From: Eledone cirrhosa
Taxonomy: Eukaryota
Assembly (NCBI GenBank): GCA_964016885.1
Contig: OZ024740.1
Span: forward strand, 90,830,001 to 90,894,000
Reading direction: 5' to 3'
DNA length: 64,000 nt
Shown: positions 13,242 to 25,300 of the stretch, in pieces
How positions within the stretch are numbered: the stretch's first letter is position 1
How the letters are laid out: each line of letters opens with the position of its first letter
Program-made: the position numbers and the translations under genes
Notes under the pieces: generated by a model
The model's input: only the letters and a program-made list of their open reading frames with translations
What the model was told of the DNA's origin: nothing
The model's database searches: none

Positions 13242-16237
13242 AAACAAACTAAACATTACTGATTTAAATCATCTCTATGATGCATCGGCTAAAATCACCA
13301 CTCACTTATGTGGAGTGAAGATTAAAAAACAAAGGAATTCCCACAAGAAATCTACTTGGCAAGAGAACATCAATCGCCAAATAAACCTTCTCCGATCTGA
13401 CATAGAAATTTTAACAAACTATAAAGTAGTTGAACATGTTAATCAAACTAAACTTAGAAATTTGAAAAAAAAGTACAGTATAAAATCAACAAGTGACATA
13501 GACATGCTGATAGAAATAATCAAGCAAAAAGTGTCGGCCAAAGCTGCTCGTATAAGGCGCTTTGAAAAACGATCTAGATTCTATAAGGACAATAATATGT
13601 CAAAAACAACCAAATAAACATCTACAGAAAAATTGGTAAGTCAACAATAACTGCTCAATCAATACCACCCAAGGAGGAAGTGCAAGAATTCTGGGAAAAG
13701 ATCTGGGCCGAAGAAAAAGTTCATAACATACATGCCCCATGGATAGACAGACAAATGAAAGATACAGCTCACCCTGAGGAACAAATATGGGAAAATATAA
13801 CAGTTGAATAGTTGCGCTTGGCTCTAAGAAAAACCAGCAAATAGAAATCCTCAGGAAAAGACAAAATACAAAACTTTTGGATAAATGCCTTCACAGAGTC
13901 TCATGAGCTGTTAGCCCAACTTTACCATGAAATAGTTAAGGAGCCAGAAAAGATACAATCATGGCTAGATAACGACATTACATTCCTGCTTCCGAAGAAT
14001 GATGAGACAAACAATCACAAAAATTACAGACCGATAACTTGCTTGACCACAATGTATAAAATTTTAACATCAGTCCTCACTGAATACACATATGACCACC
14101 TGATAACAAATGACCTATTTCCCATTGAGCAGAAAGGGTGTAAACGAGGCTTATATGGCTGTAAGGATCAGCTTCTGGTTAACAAAATGCTACTGGAAGA
14201 TTGTCATTATAGACACAAACATCTATCGATTGCTTGGATAGATTATAAAAAAGCATTCGATAGTTTGCCACACAGTTGGATTGAAAAATGTTTAGAGATT
14301 TTCAAAATATCCCCCGTTGTCAGGAGGTTTGTGTCATTCAGTATGAAGACATGGAAAACGACACTCCTTTTGAATAGTGAAACAAAATCACTGGAAGCTG
14401 GAGAAGTTAATATTAATTGTGGAATTTTTCAGGGTGACTCTTTATCAGCGCTTTTATTCTGCATCGCACTTATACCATTAAGTAAAATGCTCAATGAAAC
14501 AAAACATGAATATAAAGTCTATGACAAAACCATTAATCACCTGTTCTACATGGATGACCTGAAACTATTTGCAAAAAATGATGAACAATTGCAAGGGCTA
14601 TTATCCACTGTGAAGCAGTTCATTGATGACATTAAAATGGTGTTTGGACTAGATAAATGCGCCAAAGCAACGTTCACCAGAGGAAAACTGCTGAAGAGTT
14701 CAGACATTAATCTTGATCGGGGGAACGTGATAAGAGAACTTGATCATAAAAAAACTTACAAATATCTAGGTGTTTGTGAAGGAGATGGAATCAAGCACTC
14801 GACAATGAGGGAAAGGATAAGGAAAGAATGTTACCGCAGAGTAAGAGCAATCTTAAGAACGGAATTGAATGCAAGGAATAGGATCGATGCCATAAACACG
14901 CTTGCCATACCAGTAGTAACCTACAGTTACAATGTCATCAACTGGTCAAGAACAGAGATCCGTAGGCTCGATACACAAATTCGAAAATTCTTAACCATGC
15001 ACAGAATGCATCACCCTAAGGCAGATATAGATAAAATATATCTCCCTAGGAAAGAAGGAGGACGTGGGTTAATCCAGTTAGACATTGCGTTGAAAACTGC
15101 AACAATTGGATTATCTACATATCTAAGGGAATCACATGATTGGATGATCAAACTCGTTTTGAAACACAAAAGCATCAAAAGATCATATTCCATTACAAAA
15201 GATGCACAAAGATACAGTAATGGACTACACATTTCAGAAGTCCCATTTACTGCTGAAATGGAAAACACAGAAAAAGCAAAGCAGGTAAAAGTAACTGCAA
15301 AGAAAGAACTGCTACAGAAACTGGCTAAGAAATGGCAAGAAAAGCCTCTGTATGGAAAATACCCAGAGCGAGCTAACAATCCTGATGTTAACAAAACTTT
15401 AACCCATCAGTGGTTGGCATCCTCTGGACTGAAATCGGAGACTGAAGGACTAATTATATCGGCACAAGATCAGTGTCTGCCAACAAAAAATTACCATGCC
15501 AACATAATAAAAAATGGGTGCAGCCCATTATGCCGTGTATGCAAAAAACAACCAGAGACCATTGACCATATAATTTCAATGTGCAGTCCTATAGCTCAAA
15601 CCGAATACCTAAACAGGCATGACAGAGCTGCACAATACATACATTGGATAATGTGTAAACATTTTGACCTGCCCCATCAAAAGAATTGGTGGAAGTATCA
15701 ACCACCTCCCATACTTGAAAAAGATCACATCTCAATCTTGTGGAACTTTAGCATCCAAAAAGAACGAAACATAAATGCAAATAGACCTGATATAATATTG
15801 AAGGACTTTCAAAGGAGGGTATGCCTGCTAATTGATATGTCTGTTCCAATAGACAAGAATGTATCTATAAAAACATTTGAAAAATTGAGCAAGTATAAGG
15901 ACCTGGAGATAGAAATTGGAAAATGTGGAAATTGAGAATTAAAACAATACCAGTGGTTGTAGGCGCTCTGGGAATGATACCTAAGGGGTCTAACGACTAC
16001 TTATCGCAAATCCCAGGAAACCCGCGTATAGGAGAAATACAAAAGATAGTACTAATGGGAACTGCCCATATACTAAGGAAGATCCTGTCAATATAAGTAC
16101 ATCACAAGTCTAAACACATAAGGATGCATGTGTGAATATGTATGTTCTTTCTTGAACATGGCGGACCTTGTAGTCACTTGAGGTCACTGGCTGTGACTTG
16201 GTGATAACTCGTATGAACATAAAGCAAGATAAATGCA

Positions 16238-16238
<1 letters not shown>
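13242..16238 (+). mobile_element. Family B 5'-truncated defective copy B2
   Basis: Starts at the position equivalent to 10179. RT/RLE is in ORF 14043-15935, with a frameshift near 15925. TAA tracts on both sides. Confidence 0.92.
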
Positions 16239-16284
<46 letters not shown>

Positions 16285-16544
16285 TTTCTTTATTAACCAC
16301 AAGGGTTTACATAAAGTAGACATTAAGGACAGTGCAGGACAATGCAGGACGGTACAAATGGGCATTTCTGCGTGTAAAAAAACAAAAACAGAGGATGTAA
16401 CAAAAATAACAATGAAAATAACAATGAAAAATTCCCCAATAGGGGGGAGACTTCGGAGGGACATTTGTGGAGAAAGCCCAGTAAAAAGCCACAATGACCC
16501 TGACCACCAAGGCAAGTGCCCTCTCCCAGTTTTCCACCTTTACT

Positions 16545-19500
16545 TTACAGATATATACTCAGAGTCGGCCCATTCACTCGGGCCATTCTTGCTTCTCTCA
16601 CCCATCTTTCAACAAAATGCTGGGAAGAGAGCACTTCCTTCTCTACTCTGATTTTCCTTTTCAAATGAAATTTGAAAAAGTCAATCAGAGCATCACCGAA
16701 GAGGTAAGTGCTCGTCTTCAGCCCTTTCAAACGTGTCCACCATACTATCTCTTTCGCCATGGCCACCAGGCAGATAAAAACTGCCTGCCCTTCCCGGCTA
16801 AAGGAGGAGGGCGGGGCAATCCTCACGATGGACTCAGATGATAGCCGGATCCGTCCTAAACGCGACAGCAGGTGTTCGACATAAACCCACAAGTCAGCAA
16901 TTTTCGGACACTGGACGAGTGCGTGCAGGACGGTTTCGTCGCCCTGCGCGCATCTCGGACATGCCCGGCTGACGGCACCTCCATGCCTGTAGAGTTTATC
17001 CCGAACTGGCAAGGCTCCTCGGTAGCACTGCCAGGCCAGAGATTTCTGGAAGTTGTCCATAGGCCCTGGCCCGAAAGTTCTTCCGAAGAGATTGGCTAGT
17101 TGATTTTCGTCGACGCCTAGAGTTTCCCCAAGTACGTCGTCGCTCTTCCCCTCCACTAATCCTCTATAGAACGCCGAGGTGGAGTTTCCACCGATCACAT
17201 TGCCCGATTGGTCGAGGGCTGTGAGCGCCTGAAGACATTCCAGTCTCCAGGCGCTCCCTCTCGGTCTTCGCTTGACCCAGGACTGCAGCTCCGTCAAGGA
17301 AACGAGCTGGGGAAACACGCGTCTAGCAAACGGCGACCACACCTGATCACCGTCGAGGAAGAGGTGGAGATGTCGTAGCCTGAGCGCGTGCCTGCGCATC
17401 ATCAGCCACGGCATGCCCAGCCCTCCACGTAGCGGGTGTTGACAACAGATGGACCGCCTGACCATCGGAGCGCGTCCCTTCCACAAAAAGCGAAAGAGCA
17501 AACGCTCCATCACAGTCAGGCGAGGCTTAGGACAAGGTACGACGGTCAGGCGGTAGCAGATGACGGACGCGATGTACGCGTTAGCCACCTCCGCTCGACC
17601 TTTCAGGGATAGCTTCCTCTCGGCCCATTTCTGGGTGAGAGAAGCCACCCTGCTCGTCACCTCGTCCCAGTTTTTGTCCGTCTGGAGGTCCGGACCGAAC
17701 CAGACCCCTAGCAATTTAACCGGTCCGTCCGTCCAGCGTCCGACGACGCTGTTGGACGGCATGGACCTGCCTCTCCAGGTGCCGAGCTGCAGGCCCACTG
17801 ACTTTTCCTGGTTGATCATTGCTCCTGTCACCGCTTCGTATTCTCTTAGTGTAGTGCCGATCGCCTCGATGTGTTTGGCGTTCGACACCACTACGGTGAC
17901 ATCGTCCGCATATGCTGATACGGATCTTCCGCATCCTAGTTCGCGCGGGACCCCCCTCAACGTCTCCAGTTTGTGCAGTAATGGCTCGAGAGTCAATACG
18001 TACAAGAGGGACGAGAGGGGACATCCTTGGCGGACCGAGCGCATGATGTTGAACGGTTCCGACAGGTGACCGTTCACTCTCACCACAGAGCAGATGTCGC
18101 TGTGCATGGCAGCGATCCAGCCTCTGAAGACGGGCCCAAAGCCAGCCACCCTCAGGACTGCCGCTAGGTAACGATGGTCGACCCTATCGAAAGCTTTCGA
18201 CTGATCTAAATTGATCAAGGACCCACCCGTGCCAGGTTCCCTAGCTACCCTCTCTACGATGTATCGCATGAGGTGGAGGTTGTCGTGGATGGATCTGTCG
18301 GGAATGGCGCATGTCTGCGCCTCTCCCATCAGACCACCAACGACAAGCGCCAACCTCTTTGCTAGCATCTTGGCCAAAATCTTAAACTCTGTGTTTAGCA
18401 GAGTTATGGGCCGGAAATTGTCTATGTTATCCCCCTTGTTCGGATCCTTTCTCAGCAGTGCCACCGCTCCTCGGCTCACAGAACTGGGAATTCTCCCGTT
18501 CTGTTGCCAGTTGCAGTAGACGTCCGCCAAGAGGCCTCCGAACAAGTCTGGCATCTGTACGTAAAGTTCATAGGGCAGACAATCCAAACCAGGCGATTTA
18601 CCCCTTGTGCAGCCAGTCATTGCCTCCCTTACTTCAGCGGCTGTTATCGGCTTTTCGCAACACTTCGCCTCAGTGGCCGAGAGCCGCGGCAGTCCGTCGA
18701 GGTAGACACTAAAGTCCATCCCTCTACCCGGCCCCCCGCTGCCCCCGAACAGCTGAGCGAAGTGTCGCTGAAAAGCTTCACACATTTGCCCGGGATCGAG
18801 TAGCATGCGCCCGTCGTGGTCCACCAAAGACCGGATCGTGGCTTTGTTGCCACGACGCGCCTCCGCCACTCGGGCCCATTGAACGGCTTTCGTCCCCTCG
18901 TGTCTGAGAGCACGCACCCTAGCTCTGACAACGCAGCCTTCGTGCTTTGCATTGAAGAATTGGTCAAGGGCCAATTTCGCCGCAAGCACGTCGGTCGCAA
19001 TGCCTTTGCTAAGCGCCTCGTCTAATTTTCTAACTAGTTCTCCCTCTGCTCTATTTTTCTCTATTGCTAAAGCCTTACTAAACCTAATCGATTCTATTCT
19101 AATCGCTCTTTTCAGAGCAAACCACCACTTGTTGTTGACGATGGCCCCCTTCAACGCCCGCTTAACTAGTTCGCTAATCCGGTCTCTGTAGGCCTTGCGC
19201 GCTGGTAAGGACGCGTTTAGCTTCCAGTAGCCGGGTCCTCGTCTATGAAGCCTATCTAAGTCAAGCACACAGATCACGAATTTGTGGTCCGTGTAGCTGA
19301 CTATCTTGAATTGTGGACAGCCTATGCTAGACCTATCTATTTCCCTACAAAATACTCTATCTAGATATGATCTGGATGACCCTATGCGGTTTGTCCAAGT
19401 CCACATTGGCACATTCGGGAAATCCAATCGGTACCTGTCAGACAGTTCAAAACGCCTGAGCAGGTTGGTGAGGCTCTTGCACCCTCCACCCCTATCCGCT

Positions 19501-19964
19501 AATCCCACACAGTCCCAGCGTACATCTAAGATCCCGTTCCAGTCGCCCACTAACACTAAAGAGCGGGACGTTCCAAGAAAGGTCTCCAGACGCCGGAAGA
19601 AATCAGGCCGCCCTGCTCCTGTCGGGGCATAGACGGCCACTAGCCTGAAAGCTTGCCCGTCTCCGCTGGTCACGTCCAGCACCACCAGCTTACCCTCTGG
19701 GTCCAGGAAGATGGCCCGTATGGCGAGATCCAAACCTCTCCGAAAAAGCACAGCAACTCCTCCACCCGATCCAGGACGGCTGGGAGATGCGTACACATCG
19801 TAGCCGCCGAAGATCGGTACGAAGGCCCGTGCTTCGGAGATTCTGGTCTCGCTGATGGCCACTACATCTATGTTTAGTGACCTGAGGTCGTTGAGCAGGT
19901 GACCCTGCTTCCATGACGACCCCAAGCCACGCGCATTTATGCTGCCTATTCTGAGTGAGGTCAT
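16545..19964 (-). CDS. ORF2: APE endonuclease, reverse transcriptase and C-terminal zinc knuckle, 1139 aa, uninterrupted
   Basis: NARG/SET/GDWN/LDR/TDH APE motifs; FRPITLLN, KAFD, RQGCPLS, YADD; GGLG; CPRC...H....C. Confidence 0.95.
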   Translation of the reverse strand: MTSLRIGSINARGLGSSWKQGHLLNDLRSLNIDVVAISETRISEARAFVPIFGGYDVYASPSRPGSGGGVAVLFRRGLDLAIRAIFLDPEGKLVVLDVTSGDGQAFRLVAVYAPTGAGRPDFFRRLETFLGTSRSLVLVGDWNGILDVRWDCVGLADRGGGCKSLTNLLRRFELSDRYRLDFPNVPMWTWTNRIGSSRSYLDRVFCREIDRSSIGCPQFKIVSYTDHKFVICVLDLDRLHRRGPGYWKLNASLPARKAYRDRISELVKRALKGAIVNNKWWFALKRAIRIESIRFSKALAIEKNRAEGELVRKLDEALSKGIATDVLAAKLALDQFFNAKHEGCVVRARVRALRHEGTKAVQWARVAEARRGNKATIRSLVDHDGRMLLDPGQMCEAFQRHFAQLFGGSGGPGRGMDFSVYLDGLPRLSATEAKCCEKPITAAEVREAMTGCTRGKSPGLDCLPYELYVQMPDLFGGLLADVYCNWQQNGRIPSSVSRGAVALLRKDPNKGDNIDNFRPITLLNTEFKILAKMLAKRLALVVGGLMGEAQTCAIPDRSIHDNLHLMRYIVERVAREPGTGGSLINLDQSKAFDRVDHRYLAAVLRVAGFGPVFRGWIAAMHSDICSVVRVNGHLSEPFNIMRSVRQGCPLSSLLYVLTLEPLLHKLETLRGVPRELGCGRSVSAYADDVTVVVSNAKHIEAIGTTLREYEAVTGAMINQEKSVGLQLGTWRGRSMPSNSVVGRWTDGPVKLLGVWFGPDLQTDKNWDEVTSRVASLTQKWAERKLSLKGRAEVANAYIASVICYRLTVVPCPKPRLTVMERLLFRFLWKGRAPMVRRSICCQHPLRGGLGMPWLMMRRHALRLRHLHLFLDGDQVWSPFARRVFPQLVSLTELQSWVKRRPRGSAWRLECLQALTALDQSGNVIGGNSTSAFYRGLVEGKSDDVLGETLGVDENQLANLFGRTFGPGPMDNFQKSLAWQCYRGALPVRDKLYRHGGAVSRACPRCAQGDETVLHALVQCPKIADLWVYVEHLLSRLGRIRLSSESIVRIAPPSSFSREGQAVFICLVAMAKEIVWWTRLKGLKTSTYLFGDALIDFFKFHLKRKIRVEKEVLSSQHFVERWVREARMARVNGPTLSIYL

Positions 19965-19999
19965 GTTTAAAATAGAGTGGAAAAGATGGGAAAGACCAC

Positions 20000-22074
20000 T
20001 TACCGTACTTTTGGTAGAGGAGGGATGGTTTTTACATCCCTTTTCACTTGATCGTCTGGTGAAGGGACCGTTGAATCGTCCCTTCGGCTGGTCGTCGGCT
20101 CTTCTAAGAGAATGTCTGAGTATACTCTTCGATTGATGGTTCCTCCTAGGTCCCTGAAATCACCAACTGCGTTGGGGAATTTCGTTTTAATGTTTGTGTA
20201 TTGTTTCTGTGCTATTTTTAGCAGTCTTATGTTAGTTGGCGTTTTGATTGGTGCTGGTATTATGTAGTCCTGTTGTGAAATGTCTGTGTGTTCAATTATG
20301 TAAGTCATTAGTTTCTTGTTGTGTGTATTTATTGCCGTGCATTTGTTTTTCTGGGGGTGGGGTGTGGTTCTGCTATTTTCTTGTCGTTGTTGCTGGGTGT
20401 GTGTGTTTTGTTGTTGTGTTTGCGATGTTGGTGCTTGTGGTGGTGGTGTTGAAGGTGTTGTTGGCGGTGGGGTTGTCGCCGGTGGTGATGGTGGCGCTAG
20501 TGTGGGTGGTGATGGTGTTGGTGTTGTTGCTGCTGTGGGTCTCTTTGCAGTAGACTTTACCCTTTTCTCATTTCTTTCCTCCCTTTTCAAAGGCGACGAT
20601 GCGCTGCTTCTGCGTTTGTGCCTTCTTACGACCTTTTGCCATCTCTCTCCCACCTCACACTCCATGTCTGATTCTGTGAGGTCGGGGAGGGGTACCAACT
20701 CCACTCTTTCACTTGTTGTTGTTGGTGATGTTTGCACTGGAGTTTCTGTTGCAGCTGCATTTGGTATTGCTGTTGTTGTTGTTAGTATTTCCACTGCTGC
20801 TGCTGTTTTTGATTTCCGTGGAGTGGGTATGGGGGCCACGGGCCTATCGTTCCTGGTTGCCGCTTGTCCTGTTGCTGGTAGCCGTGGAGCCGGATTCGGA
20901 AGGAGGGGGGTTTTCTCCTTTCTCAGGGTCTTCTCGTTGCAGAAGGCCCTGAGGTGAGTCTTCGATCCACAGCGAAAGCATTTCGGGCGTTTGCCCTCAA
21001 CACTTATGGGCAGTTGAGTGCCGTTATCGAAGTCTATCACATCCGGGATAGCTTCGATGCACTCCTGGTTGGTTTGGATTAGCATCTCAATGGAGGAGCC
21101 GACCCAATCTTCTCTTACTTTTTTCTGTACTTGCAGTACAGTTGTTTTGTCCTCGATTCCGACGAGGACAGACGCGGCCAGCCAAGAAGGGGTCATTCCG
21201 GGGGGGGGGGGACGTGGGTCAGTTTGACCCTCACAGTTTTTTGCCCACAGTAGGAGGGCACCAACACCATTTCCTCGCTCCTTAGGGTCACTACTGATTG
21301 GGCCTTTGCCTCCTGGGGTGTGGCAAAAAGTACGTCTACGGTGGCATATTTTTTGCCTCGGGTGATGTGCGTTTTCCGCTGCCACACAGACCCCAAGGCT
21401 TTTTGTATTTGGGCCTCTGTGGCTCTTTCCACCCTACGGGATTTTGTACTTACTGTACGGTACGTGACCGTACAGTGCTCTTGGGTTTCGAAAAAAATTT
21501 TCGCTGCCTTGCAGATTGCTCGGTGTCCGTTCTTTGTCACCATCTTCTTCGCTTCCTCTAATTCCTCATTTGTTATGAGGATTGTTTCCAAGTTTTTCGC
21601 AATACCTGCAAATGAGATTGGTTTTTCTCTGCTGTTGTTGTTGTCGTCAGAGCTGCTGGTACTGTTGTTGTTGCTGCAGGTACTACGACTACTGCCTCCG
21701 CCGCTGTTGCTGTGGTTGTTGTTGTTGTTGCTGCTGCTAATGCTGTTGTTGTTTATGCTGCTGGTGATGCTGTTGCGGCTGCTACTGTTGTTTTCATTGT
21801 CACTGTTGCTGTTGTTATTACGGCTGCTACTGCTATTATTCCAGACGTCAGACGAATGAACTGGGTTTTCGTATTTCCCGCACACCTGTTTCGTCGCTGT
21901 CGTCGTCGTCGTGGAGAAACCTTGCACGCTTTGCACGAGACTTTTCTTTTCTTTCGTCACTTGCGAAAGAGAAGGGAGGGAGAGAGACAATCTTCTCTCT
22001 GCTGTAGTGATGATTGAGGAAGAAGAAGACGGAATGAGTGGGAGTGACGTATGAAATTTCTTTTTCGTAGCCAT
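20000..22074 (-). CDS. ORF1 (gag-like, CCHC knuckle) split by one frameshift at a G12 run
   Basis: ORF 21193-22074 joins ORF 20000-21385 at the homopolymer 21200-21211. Contains the CFRCGSKTHLRAFC knuckle and N/S- and P/T-rich tracts. Confidence 0.8.
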
Positions 22075-22310
22075 GTTGTTTTTTGTTTAAAATGAAATTT
22101 TGGGTACAAAACCCCAATAACTGGTTATTTAACCCCGAAGCGCCAAATAACGGACAGAAAGACCCCTCTCACGAGGAGGAGGGTGTCTTTATCAACAATT
22201 TGGTTCAAGTTTTAAACAATTTACAATTGTTTTAACGGTTAAAAATTACTATACCTTACAGAGCCGAGCCTCCGTCAACCATGGCATTCAATAATAATAA
22301 TAATAATAAT

Positions 22311-25300
22311 GGAAGGGAAGATGAAATCGCTCCCGTAAGTTTTGAATTTTTAACATATTTAAATCATTTGTGAAATAACAACTCTTAGTACAAATGCTAC
22401 GTAAAGCACCCGGCTTGAGCCCCAAAAAAATTCGGACCCAAAATATATTGTTATAAGGCTCAAATATTCAAATATTCAACTTTGTATTGTACACTGTATA
22501 TCCAAAAAAAATGGCTATAAGTGGAAGAAGAGGAACCCCCCCCCCCTCCTCTCCTCTGGCTACACTATATAGGACAGCTAAACTCACCAACACCAGAAAC
22601 TAGATACACCACCCACCCCATCATCTGTGTACACTAAACAAAACAGCATTTTCACCTTCACCGCCACCGCTCACTACGGCCATCATTACCACCACTATCC
22701 CATCACCGCCGCCACCACCCCTTGACTCCTTCACTGCTGCTGCCACCGCTACAGCACCATCACTACAGTAATACGGCTCAAATATTCAAATATTCAACTT
22801 TGTATTGTACACTGTATATCAAAAAAAAAAATAAAATGGCTATAAAATGGAAGAAGAAGAACCCCCCCTCCTCCTCTCCTCTGGCTACACTATATAGGAC
22901 AGCGAAACTCACCAACACCAGAAACTAGATACACCACCCACCCCATCATCTGTGTACACTAAACACAACAGCATTTTCACCTTCACCGCCACCGCTCACT
23001 ACGGCCATCATTACCACCACTATCCCATCACCGCCGCCACCACCCCCTGACTCCTTCACTGCTGCTGCCACCGCTACAGCACCATCACTACAGTAATACG
23101 GTCGCATCACCGCCACCACTGCCTCGGTACCGACATCACCACCACCACTGTCTCAGTATCGCCAACGCCGCCAGTCTCTGCTGGCTACCACTTCCACATT
23201 ATAGAATTCCTACTACTAACAAAGAGGAAGGCATCAAAATATATAGATAGACTCAAAAGAAAAAAGAAAAAAACAAACAACAAAAGCAGCACAGCAACAA
23301 CAGTAAAAAACGAGAAAAACAGAGAAAAACAAAAACAAAAAAAGAAACCCCAAAAACGTAAAGAAAATAAGAATGAAGAGAGAAGCAGGCGGACGGACAG
23401 AGAAGAGGGGGAAAAAGTAAAACTTAAAAAACAAAAACTAAGTCAGACATTCGAATACTACATTACAATGAAACTTATGCTTATTCATTTTTGGGGCCCT
23501 TTCTGCCCGTGTGTTTGTTTGTTTATGTGTGTCCGTATACAGCGTGGTGATAATGCCACACAAGGGCCAAGTGGGATGGCGGATCCACAGATGGCTATGT
23601 AAACATAAATTCGCCAATCCTCAATAAGAGTGTTTAAATATCGAACATAAACAGTTCGAATAACGGTGAAATGGAGACTAGAACGTCATGTGACAGACTC
23701 TCACCCAACAGGTGCCCCCTGGCTCAGCAGCAGGAACCTGACTGTCAACCAAATACTGCTGATGTTGGAGGAAGAAGAAGAAGGAAAGGGGCCAGAACCA
23801 ACTGGACGAAAGAATTGAATAGAACTGTTATGCAATGCTACCTGAAAAGTAACCCCAAGGAGAGGGGCTACAGGAGACGGATGCATAACATCTGGAACGA
23901 GATTGGTTTATTTAAATTAGATGAACAAAAATTGGCCGGGCAGGCTCGGGTAATAAGAACTAATGGGTGGATAAGCGAGCTGGAACTGGAGGAACTGAGC
24001 AGAGAGAATGGCTTGGAGATGGCGGGTGTAGTATGCCAGACAAGCGAGCCGGCGGGAAATGAAGGTGAGGAGGTCCTGAGAACGGAGGAACCACCCGAAG
24101 CAGACAATGATCTGAATACTGAGATAAATAATACCTGGAACAGAGATACGGCCACTGAGGAGATGAATGCTGACGGGCTAGGACAAGATTCGGTTGACAT
24201 CCTAAATTTAGTGGTAGATGAGTTGAACAATGATAGTGGGAGACCTATGAACCTGAGATTTGTAGACAGGAAAAAGTTAAAAGAAACAACAGCTAAGGTA
24301 AACAAAGTCATCCCATACCTTGAGGCGAGGATTCTTCACCAGTGCAACAATATCCTCAAAGCAACAGCAAATACGGTGAGGAAACTACTTGGTATAAAAG
24401 CGAGAGGAAACAACAGACAAGAAAGAGCAGAGCCGTGGTGGAGGAAGCGACTGAGTGGGCAAATCGGGGAAATGAGAAATGACATAGGAAAGCTTGAGTC
24501 ACTACTGAATGGGACACTAAAAAACATAGGCACTAAAAATAGACTGGAAATAAAATACAAGACTAGGAGTAAAAAGCTAAATATTATCATAGAGGAATTG
24601 AAGCAACGCATTGTAGCAAAGAGTGCCAAAATCAGGCGATACGAGAACAGAGTCAGTCAGTATAAACAGAACCGCATGTTCGACAACAACCAGAAGATGC
24701 TGTTTGGACAGATTGAGGGGAAAGAAAGAGGCAACGACTTGATCCCTGGGGCGGAACAAGCTAATACATTCTGGAGAGGAATATGGGAGCAGGATGTTAG
24801 ACACAATGCCCAGGCAGGGTGGATTGAGACAGTACAGAGGGAGATCGGTGAGCAGGCACAGCAACAGACTGATTTGAGTATCACAGTTGAAACTCTTAAG
24901 GGGCAAGCCAAAAAGCTAACCAACTGGAAATCACCAGGCCCAGATGGTGTGCAGGGGTATTGGATTAAACATTTAACATCCCTCCACCCGAAGCTGACGG
25001 CCATGCTCAATGACTGCTTGGTGTCGGGTGAGGTGCCAGAGTGGTTGACAAAAGGTACCACAGTTCTGATAATGAAAGACCGAATCAAGGGTAATGATGT
25101 TACCAACTATAGACCTATCACATGTATGCCCGTAATGTGGAAACTGTTGACGAGCATTGTGTCTGATGAAATCTGCCATCACCTCCACACAAACAACTTG
25201 TTGCCGGACGAACAGAAAGGATGCCGAAAGAAGTCACGTGGTACAAAGGACCAGTTGCTTATTGATAAGATGGTAATGGGGAATTGCAGGAGGAGACACA

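Larger units (their letters stand above)
16282..22289 (-). mobile_element. Tx1/L1-like retrotransposon T2, full length (~6.0 kb)
   Basis: Two-ORF layout. AATAAA on - at 16289-16294 is followed by GAAATCA(TTA)n. TAA tracts at both ends. Confidence 0.93.
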
